A stretch of 64,000 bases of DNA from Octopus sinensis. Taxonomy: Eukaryota. The stretch spans positions 13,206,001-13,270,000 of the forward strand of contig NC_043022.1 of assembly GCF_006345805.1 (NCBI RefSeq), given 5' to 3'. The position numbers were made by a program, and so were the translations under genes. A model generated the notes under the pieces. The model saw only the letters and a list, made by a program, of their open reading frames with translations. It did no database searches and was not told the DNA's origin. Positions within the stretch are counted from its first letter, which is position 1. Each line of letters opens with the position of its first letter. Shown here piece by piece: positions 12,701 to 22,326 of this stretch.

Positions 12701-14366
12701 ATTGTTCCATCCTCATGATATTATATATTGTTACCAGGAGAGGAGGTTGTTCACCCCCCACTCTTCATTTCTACAAATATTAACTAACTATCAGAATTAA
12801 TCTGACTGTTGACTGATTCATTAATCCTCCCATTATCATATTTCTGTTGAAAAATACTGATTCAACAAATTCTAAAAATAATGAAGAATTAAGTAAAATA
12901 AATATCCTTTATTGAGCTGATGTTTGGAACATAAATCAACACGAAATTCTGATGGGAGATTCTAATTTAGATCGGTTAAAACCCAGGAATGTTTGCATCA
13001 TAGAAACAGGGACAGTTTCAGGCAGGTTCGTGTCAAAAGGGTTAAGAATTATGTTTGTCACATGTGTGGATAGATGCAGGTAAAATCTGAAAGGATAAAA
13101 CATGCTGTTAAATGGCTAATTAGAAGACTAAATGAGCCAACCATTACCACGCTTTGTCCTTCGTTAACCCACCATTCACACCAATCTGCCAAAGTTACTA
13201 AACATTAAACGATATGACAACGGGCCATTTACAAGAGCTTCACCAAACAACAGCTACCATTAAACATCAGGGCTCACTTTCACCAAATTGTTACTCATGT
13301 AAACCACCACACCATTATCTACCCCAAGGCTATCACCTCCTGACCCACCATCAACTAACAAACTCCCTACCCACAGTGACCACCACAACATAACTCAGAC
13401 AACTCGTGATGACTCATGCAGCTGCTACTGATTAATAATCTAACTTTAATCAGAAAGTCATTAAATCATTGATTAATTATGAGAGATTATGTAGCATACG
13501 AGCTGAAAGTAGGTTACAGCCACTTCTCTATATACACTCTACTAAGCTGTATTGGGATCAATACATACATACACAGACACATGCATATATATATATATAC
13601 ATACATACCTAATATGTTCCCTATACTTAACAATTATAGTAATATATGCATAGGGTGTGTGTGTGTATAAATACATTTGTATATGCACATAGACATGAGT
13701 GTGTGCGTATTACAATGAACATAAAACTGTAATGTGATGAGATATACCAGGATAGCTTCCCACAAATGTAAATTGGAATTCAATATAAGATAAAATGATT
13801 TAGTCAAAACTAAGTCTGACTAAATCACTACTGAAGAGCTGTATCTATGTTGAAAGAAAAAGAGAGAGAGAGAGAGAGTGTGCAATTTATGGCAGCAATT
13901 TACTATATATAAAATGCAAATTAATGTGTATGATGAAAGACGCACACACAAACATACACAGTTTTTGCCCATTTTTATGTTCACTTTTTTTCATGCTTTT
14001 ACACACATCCTGGTCTTTGTAGGTTCTGCGGTGCAAGTGAACAAATTTGTTGACAGACATGAAAACCCAACAAACAACGTTTGTAAGCACATGACTTCCC
14101 ATGGCTGCACACCCACACTCGCGCATGTCTCTGTTCTGAAATTATCAGAGTGGAATTACTTGGGCAAATAGTGTGGAATTAAAAACAGATATATCACCGA
14201 AACAGCAACAACAACAACAACAATGGTGTGTAAAACATGAAATGCATTGAAGTGATTCATTCAACCAAACTATGAGAAGTCATCAACGAAACAGCCATTG
14301 GCCCACTTTCTTGAGATGAGGTCACCTGATAACTGGTGTAATTTATTATTTCTAATATTTATTTTA

Positions 14367-14439
14367 TGGTGGTGGTGGTGGTGGTGGTGGTGGTAGTGGT
14401 GGTAGTGGTGGTGGTGGTGGTAATGGTGGTGGTGGTGGT
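14367..14439. repeat. (GGT)n microsatellite
   Basis: Seen directly. Confidence 0.95.
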
Positions 14440-14689
14440 AGGTAGCAGCAAGAGCCTGGTGCTTAACTGAATCCTCATCACCATAACAAATACCTCAAAG
14501 TATTTAGTTCCGCTCCTCTACATTCAAAGTTCAAATCCTACAAGCTGTCAACATGCTGTATTTAGTACTCAAACTTCTCAATAAATGGGAATACCAGTTA
14601 TGAATCAAGTCAATTGCTTATAGTCATCTATGAAGATGCCTTCTTGGACCAATCTAAAGGTCCAATACAATGTTATAATAATAATAATA

Positions 14690-15470
14690 ATCCTCTCTAT
14701 CATAGGCACAAAGTCTGAAATTTGACAGGGGTAAGGGTGCTAGTCGATTACATCAACCCCAGTACTTGACTGATACTTATTTTATTGACTCCAAAAGGGA
14801 GAAAGGCAAAGTTGACCTCAGTAGAATTTGAACTCAGAATGTACAAATGATGAAATGCCATGAAGCATTTTGTCTGGTGTCCAAACCAATTCTCCCAGCT
14901 CACCACCTTAATAATCATAATAATGATGATGATGATTTCAAATTTTGGCACAAGGTCAGCAATTTCAGGAGGAAAGGTAAGTTGATTACATCAACCCCAG
15001 TACACAACTGGTACTTATTTGATCGATTCCAAAAGGATGGAAGGCAAAGTCGACCTCAGAGGAATTTGAACTCAGGACATGAAAAAAGAAAGCCACACAA
15101 TAACAACAACATTGGTTTCCGATTTAGGCAGAAGCCTGGCAAGTTTGACGGGCAGGTGTTAGTCGATTATTATATAGAGTAAATGATTGGTATCTTGTTT
15201 TATCAACTTCAAAACGATGAAAAACAAAGTTGACCTTAGCAGAATTCAAACTCAGAATGGAAAGAACGGAAAGAGCGAAAACAAGGAATTGCATGTGATT
15301 CCAAAATTAGCACCTTTGTAATAGTTTTTATATAGATATTTCCAAATACAGGCACAAATCCTGAAAATCTAGGAGAAGGGGTAGTCAATTACATCAAGCC
15401 CAATACTTGACCAACACATTAGTTTAATCAACCTTGAAAGGATAAAAGGTGAAGTTGAACTCCACAGTCA
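14690..15470 (-). mobile_element. Stack of about 4-5 head-to-tail decayed tRNA-SINE copies
   Basis: The blocks gtcgattacatcaaccccagtac...ttatttt...gaaggcaaagttgacctcagcagaatttgaactcagaa recur, separated by (AAT)/(GAT)/(AAC) tails. Confidence 0.8.
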
Positions 15471-15735
15471 AAAAAATACAGCTCCAGTCATGTCCTTAGA
15501 CTGATATAACAAACTGTTCTCTCACCAATTTTTTCCTTATGCCTATGTAGGTAATTATCATCCATTATCATCCCTACAACACTGCTTGATGGATCAGAAA
15601 TTAGGTTTGTATTGTTCTAAGAGAAGATATTCATAGAGAAGTCAACCATTTCTAATATGCTGAGGAGAAATAAATCTTGTCTAAGAACAGCTCTTGAGAC
15701 AAGACCAATGATAACATTTGTGTGTGTGCGTGTGC

Positions 15736-15792
<57 letters not shown>

Positions 15793-16292
15793 TGTGTGTG
15801 TGTGTGTTTGGAAATTCTAAGTTACTATTTGGTCATGCTTGCAAGAGAGTACCACTTGAGCAGACTGGCAATAGAATACCACTCATGTATATACAAGCCG
15901 GAATACTCAGACACACTGACAATAGACAGTTATAAAGAATGAATAATAAAAAAAAAACATTGTCCAGCTGTGGCAGTAAACATGTCCCTGGTGAAACAGA
16001 TAAAAGTCTACCATCATCACAAAAAGAAATGAACCAAATGTCATAGCAGTTGCTAAAGCAGCATTATATGTAAGTTTAATAAACAGGTTTCTAGTACAGT
16101 ATATGTGTGTTTGGGTGGGGCACCTATTTCTGTATATACAAACATATAAAGCAGCCGTTTGTATGATGAAATAGTTGCCTTGTTTTGACATGGGAAACTA
16201 AGAGACACCTAAGCGAGAGGTCAGTTTAACAAGAGTCATCAACCAGGATAAAAAAATATAATCATGTGATAATTAATTTCAATGCAAACAGA

Positions 16293-16514
16293 GGCGCAAT
16301 GGCCTAGTGGTTAGGGCAGCGGACTCGCGGTCGCAGGATCGCGGTTTCGATTCTCAGACCGGGCGTTGTGTGTGTTTATTGAGCGAAAACACCTAAAAGC
16401 TCTACGAGGCTCCGGCAGGGGGTGGTGATCCCTGCTGTACTCTTTCACCACAATGGCGGTGCCCCAGCATGGCCACAGCTCAAGAGCTGAAACTGGAAAA
16501 ACAAAAAACAAAAA
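16293..16514 (+). mobile_element. Young tRNA-derived SINE
   Basis: tRNA-like head with A-box TGGCCTAGTGG and B-box-like GTTTCGATTCTC, CpG-rich. The 3' tail ggcggtgccccagcatggccacagc..gctgaaac is shared with the 20161 family. No complete tRNA cloverleaf. Confidence 0.85.
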
Positions 16515-16979
16515 CATATAAGATATCCATATGACTACTTAGTTATTTCCATGTCAATGGGATTGGTTTCTATCATTAAACTAGGCCAGTACTACTCTTA
16601 TTTCTACATAACTTTCTAGTTTTTATTAGACATTTGTCCCAACAAAGGCTTGAGGCCACAGTAACACAAGGACCTAGAATGAAAGGAAATAAGAGAACTA
16701 GAAATCCAAAGAATGTTGATGATTGACAGAAAGCTGAAAGGACTGAAAATAGGAAAACAAGGTGATGGTAAAGGGGTCTAGAGAGCACCAGTTCAAGGTA
16801 ATATTCTATCAGAATAAAACATGTAAATAACAGGAAAGTCAACAGAATAGTTCTGTGTCTGTGAAGAGGATACTGAACCAGAAAGTTCATCAGAAAATGT
16901 TACAGCTTCAAGCCAATAGACTACTCCTAGTCCCCATTTGAGAGCAATAACACATGCCCAAAGCTAAATATATTCTGTT

Positions 16980-17350
16980 GTTCTTTTACTTGTTCCAGTC
17001 ATAGGACTGTGGCCATGCTGGATCACCACCTTGAGGAATTTTAGTCGAACAAACTGACCCCAGTAGTTATTTTTCTTTTTTCAACCTTGTGCTTATTCTA
17101 TGGGTTTCTTTTGCCAAACTGCTAATTTCCATGGACATAAACACACCAACACTGATTGACAAGTGGTAGTGGTGAGGAGGGGGGGACAAACACAGACACA
17201 AAGGCCCTCTCTCTTACAAACACACAAACACATATGACGGTCTTCTTTCGGTCTCGGTCTACCAATTCACATACAAAGCTTTAGTAGAAGACACTTGCCC
17301 AAGGTGCCACACAGTGGAACTGAACTCGGAACCATGAGGTTGGGAAGCAT
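16980..17350 (-). mobile_element. Decayed composite SINE (20161 family)
   Basis: Reverse complement of the family tail (ttttacttgttccagtc...gccatgctgg) and head (gcccaaggtgccacacagtggaactgaac). Confidence 0.8.
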
Positions 17351-17389
17351 ATATCCATCTTTGATCTCCTTTCTGTCAAAACATCAAAT

Positions 17390-17635
17390 GTAAAACTTCT
17401 TCCCTGATGACGGAGGCTGGTATTATCCGATGATGGAATCAATTTACAATCGCTATTTTAGACCACCAAGCCTCTAGAAACAGCTCAAAACTCTTAATCA
17501 ACCGCTTTTAATTCCTCACATCATTTCTATTCTGTGTTAAGTCAGACCTTTTTTATATGTAAACATATGTACACTTTTTCTATTAAATGTATTTAATATT
17601 TTTTGTATATCGACTCACCTAACTTGCTTATCCTT
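17390..17635 (+). mobile_element. Penelope-like element terminal fragment with degenerate hammerhead motif
   Basis: CTGATGA (17404-17410), a gaggct/agcctc stem and GAAACAGCT (17477-17485), followed by an AT-rich tail ending in (TA)n. Confidence 0.5.
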
Positions 17636-17651
17636 ATATATATATATATAT

Positions 17652-17855
17652 ATTACGGACGTGTACTCACATAGCAAGTAATTTGATCTGAGATCGTGTG
17701 CTGGAATGAAAGCAATTGCAGCGTGGAAGGTGTTTGTAAGCCATTTAAGAAACATACAAAAGCCGTTCGATTCACTTCAACATTTAAGTTTAATTTGTCA
17801 AAATATTTTCGTCGCTAAAATCCGCGACCTGTTCACTGACAAAAATCTGTGCTGC
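17652..17855 (-). mobile_element. Short element between (TA)n tracts, Penelope-like/retrozyme-like
   Basis: CpG-containing 200-bp unit flanked by TA microsatellites that carries the hammerhead-like fold listed next. Confidence 0.5.
17794..17843 (-). ncRNA. Minimal type I hammerhead-ribozyme-like motif, G3:C8 core variant
   Basis: UUUGUCA GUGAACA G GUCGC ggauuuua GCGAC GAA AAUAUU U UGACAAA: 7-bp stem I, 5-bp stem II, GAAA, palindromic stem III and an NUH site. Folded by hand. Confidence 0.55.
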
Positions 17856-17867
17856 ATTGTATGTATG

Positions 17868-17930
<63 letters not shown>

Positions 17931-18389
17931 CATATATACACACTGTGCACTCATATTACTTACTCTAGAAATAAAAACCACATGAATGGTAGCAAAACTA
18001 ATTTCTGAATTAGCTTTATTTGCCTGTGACAAAACACAGAAAGGATCTGGTATCTTAACCGTGACTCAACATCTCAAAGTATTACTATAAACATATATTG
18101 AGGAGCTACAGTACAAACTAGCAAGGCATTATATTTCCGATACATTCCGTGGTAGAATAGAACAGAAGGAATATACATAAACTACATATCATTACTAATT
18201 TAACTAATTAAATCAATTGAGACACTGAGAAATAACAATTAGTCTAATTAATTTCAATATGGAACAAAAAAAAATTTCTGAGTCTGTTTTTGTTAAACAA
18301 TTTCTCTACAGCCATCGTAAGGATGTAAAAAAGACTGATTGTAGACAGACAAAGTACAGAGAAATGGAAAAAAAGCAGATACCCTTGTA

Positions 18390-18700
18390 ATGTGGATCTT
18401 TCATAGATCGGGCAGAATAAGCCGGAAAGACAGGGTAACAGACACTGCAGTACTAGAAATGCTGAAAGTCCAAATGCTACCTGCTGTCGAAAATCAAGAC
18501 CACAAAGTTATCATATTTTGGGTGTATAATACAAAAGGAGTGTTGTTCAAGATCGTCTTGAGAGAAAGTAAGGAGGAGAAGACAGCAGGGGACCAGTAAA
18601 GGTATTTGTGAACTGATGACAACATCAAAAGAATGGACTGGAAAAAAAGAACCTGGCTGATTTGCATGCATTCAAGCACACAACAGAAAGAACCAGACAG
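18390..18700 (+). mobile_element. Possible decayed Tc1/mariner-type transposase relic
   Basis: RVTDTAVLEMLKVQMLPAVENQDHKVIIF resembles the TVTG..YLDML...L.PQL....FIFQQD segment, and a later EWTGKKEPG resembles WIGRGGP. The catalytic motif is not retained. Confidence 0.3.
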
Positions 18701-20160
18701 CCTTGGCTAGCTGATCCCTAGAGACATAATGATGAAGAGTGATCTTAAGGAAGGTTAAACCTCACAAAAGAAATGACAGAGGAACACAAGAAATGTGAGG
18801 ATGCTATTTTAGAGAGGACTTTGTCCAACTAATGCAAACATGGAAAAGCAGGCAGAAGAATGATGTATCATCATCATTTTAGCATTCACTTTTCCATGCT
18901 TGTACTACGAGTCAGACACGGTTTATTGGGGCAGATTTTCTATGGTTGGATGCCCTTCCTGTAGCTAGCTCCTACCCACTTCTAACCAAAACAATATTTC
19001 CCCACAGCTGGACTTGTTTTCATGGAAGACAATAAACAACACAATTTGTATGAACAACAACTTTGTTTATCATCAGCATGCAAATATCCAGCCAAGAGGA
19101 AGGCATGCGCACACACACACATAATGTTTTGGCAATTTCCATCTACCAATGCACTCACGAGGCATTGGTTGGCTCAGAGTTATTATTGCTGGTCCAAAGG
19201 TACCACACTGTGGGACTGAACATGAAATCATGGTTATGTTTTAATCACACAGCCTACGTGTGCGTGTGTGCACCCAGGTCAGTGAGGGTCTGGACCCACA
19301 TGATTGATTAGAGGAGATGGTTTTGATGGTGTAGTAAATTATAGGAATTTTCTTGCTCTTTTTAAGAAGATCTTAAAATTGTTTAAATCAAAGCAATAAA
19401 AGAACAAAATGTTAATTATGACGTTAAATATAAATTAGTTAGAATTAAACCTAAAGGTTCGGCGATATTATTAGATAACAGAATACTACTAACATAATAA
19501 CACACTCACATAGCTAAGAATGTGATAAACTCCACTTTTTCAAGTGTTTTCTAACAAATCTTTTTTCATGATAACACATTTCTCTTATGAAAATAGAAAA
19601 AGCCTTGTCATCATGGAAAAATTCAAGTTGTAAAAAATAAAATAAAAAGATAATAAATCGTTGTTGTTGTTGTGTTGTTTAGCTGATTGTCCTTCATTGA
19701 TTAGTGCTATTTTTTGATAAGAATAACACTGATACAAGTTCCAGCTTGCATAACAAGTTGGTGTCAGGTTATAATTGATGTTGTTATTGATGTTGAAGAA
19801 ACAGCTACCAAGACAATGTTGGAGGCCAAACAAATCCCAGAGGAGATATTTAAAACAGATTAAGTTGGTGGCTGTCATAAACTGAAGAAAGACTTGACGG
19901 ATTTAACAAGTGATATTCTAGGACTGGAGGTGTGTGTGTGTGTGTTTGTATGTATGTGTTAAGAAAGAACACAAGAGAAAATTATTGTAGTTGGATCAAT
20001 AGAAACACAATATCCAGAAAACCAAAAGACCCCACTTGAAAATGCAACGCACACTAAAAGAATAGGGCTCCTTCTGTCCAGAAGGTGCCACTGATCAGTT
20101 ATGGTGATTTTTTTTAAAAACAAAAACCATAGAAATTCCAAAAATACTAACTACTAATAA

Positions 20161-20326
20161 GCAGGAGTGGCTGTGTGGTAAGTAGCTTGCTAACCAACCA
20201 CATGGTTCTGGGTGGTACCTTGGGCAAGTGTCTTCAACTGTAGCCTCGGGGCGACCAAAGCCTTGTGAGTGGATTTGGTAGACAGAAACTGAAAAGAAGC
20301 CCGTCGTATATATGTATGTATGTATG

Positions 20327-20376
<50 letters not shown>

Positions 20377-20585
20377 TGTGTGTGTTTATCCCCCTAGCAT
20401 TGCTTGACAACCGATGCTGGTGTGTTTATGTCCCCGTCACTTAGCGGTTCGGCAAAAAGAGACCGATAGAATAAGTACTGGGCTTACAAAGAATAAGTCC
20501 CGGGGTCGAGTTGCTCGACTAAAGGCGGTGCTCCAGCATGGCCGCAGTCAAATGACTGAAACAAGTAAAAAAGTAAAAGAGAGTA
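20161..20585 (+). mobile_element. Young composite tRNA-derived SINE with internal (TA)n
   Basis: Head gcaggagtggctgtgtggtaagtagcttgc, internal (TA)n, tail ...ggcggtgctccagcatggccgcagtcaaatgactgaaacaagtaaaa. Apparent TSD taataag at 20155-20161 and 20584-20590. Confidence 0.92.
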
Positions 20586-21031
20586 ATAAGGCAAACCAAC
20601 AAAAGAGTGTTTGGTGATCGCTTGACTGCTATTTCTAAATAGCAATAGTCTTACATTTACTATTTCTGAATAATCAACGAAGTGGGTGTGACTGGAAAGT
20701 CTTTAATCTATACATCTACAGGCTTTGAGGGGTTAATCCTTTACTGTTTTAAACTAGTCATGCCTGGCCCAGATATTTCTACCTCTTTTAACGATCTACC
20801 TTCTCACACCTACCCAACAATATTCTAATAATGAATACTCACCCCCATTGAAATCTTGAAGTTACAAAATAATGCATGATTAATTCAAAACAATGTCAAT
20901 AAATAAGCATTACATTTGAGAGAAGAGTAATCTGAATGCTGAAGGATTAAGCAACAACTACAAACAAAGAAGACAACCACCTGTCATGTTAATAAAGAGG
21001 AATCAGGTGATGAGGGCTACTGCCGCAAACA

Positions 21032-21660
21032 TTAACCCTTTCATTACTCTTTACTCTTTTACTTGTTTCAGTCATTTGACTGCAGCCATGCTGGAGCACC
21101 GCCTTTAATCGAGCAACTCGACCCCGGGACTTATTCTTTTGTAAGCCCAGTACTTATTCTATCGGTCTCTTTTGACGAACTGCTAAGTAACGGGGACATA
21201 AACACACCAGCATCGGTTGTCAAGCAATGCTAGGGGGACAAACACAGATACACAAACACACACACGCATATATATATGACGGGCTTCTTTCAGTTTCCGT
21301 CTACCAAATCCACTCACAAGGCTTTGGTCGGCCCGAGGCTATAGTAGAAGACATTTGCCCAAGGTGCCACGCAGTGGGACTGAACCCGGAACCATGTGGT
21401 TGGTAGACAAGCTACTTACCACACAGCCACTCCTGCGCCTATATTACTATATTTATTTTGAGATACTCTGTGTTTCTTTCAATTAATTTTAAATATAACA
21501 AAGAATTTAGTAAAACAACTTAGTTATCATTAAGCTAGTGTTAGGAACATAAATTGTGACTAAAGCTTGGTGGAATATTTTAATTCAAAACTTATGAAAA
21601 CAAGACATTTTACCACAGAACCAGAGCCGGTTTTGGCCGGGTTAGTAACAAAAGGGTTAA
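21032..21660. mobile_element. piggyBac-type (TTAA) MITE interrupted by a SINE
   Basis: Ends ttaaccctttc... and ...acaaaagggttaa. The body 21441-21660 is the reverse complement of the intact copy at 60634-60862. Confidence 0.85.
21045..21440 (-). mobile_element. Young composite SINE, same family, inserted in a TTAA MITE
   Basis: Near-identical reverse complement of 20161-20585. The hexamer attact flanks both sides. Confidence 0.92.
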
Positions 21661-22050
21661 CAAACTGACATCAAAAGACATAAAAGTTTAGACATTAACC
21701 CTTTTGATAGAGCATCGATTGCCCTTGATTCCATGATACAAATTTTGTTTTAACCCTTTTCATAGAAATCCGGCCAGAGACCATCCTTTGTTTCATAAGA
21801 CAAACTCCTTGTTTTTAAGTGACCTAAATTAAGACTTTCCATGAAAACTTTGTTAGTCTTATGTTCCAAATCACAGCTTTAATAATGAGAAAGTTATTTT
21901 ACTTAATTCTTCACTATTTCCAAGGTTTATTGAAACAAACACTTTATTTCAACAGAAATATAATAACAAAAGGCTGGATCTAAATGGAAATCTTTCATCA
22001 AAATTTCACACCAATTTATAATTTCAATCACCAGCTTTAATAATGACACA

Positions 22051-22326
22051 GCCTCGCCTGGCCCTCGTGCCGGTGGCACATAAAAAGCACCATCCGTTCG
22101 TGGCCGTTTGCCAGCTCTGTCTGGCACCTGTGTGGGTGGCACGTAAAAAGCACTCACTACACTCACGGAGTGGTTGGCGTTAGGAAGGGCATCCAGCCGT
22201 AGAAACACTGCCAGATTTGACTGGGCCTGATGAAGCCTTCTGGCTTCACAGACCCCAGTAGAACCGTCCAACCCATGCTAGCATGGAGAACGGACGTTAA
22301 ACGATGGTGATGATGATGATGATGAT
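22051..22326 (+). mobile_element. SINE or LINE 3'-end element with (GAT)n tail, nested in a TTAA MITE
   Basis: gtgccggtggcac.taaaaagcac...gagtggttggcgttaggaagggcatccagccgtagaaac...aacccatgctagcatgg..ggacgttaaacgatg. MITE sequence resumes on both sides. Confidence 0.85.

Noticed and set aside
16293-16365. Functional tRNA gene
   Set aside because: No proper acceptor stem or anticodon arm, and it continues into a SINE body and tail.
22225-22255. CTGATGA plus AGCC/GGCT stem as a hammerhead
   Set aside because: No GAAA follows, and other copies of this repeat read ctggtg at this position, so it is a chance match.
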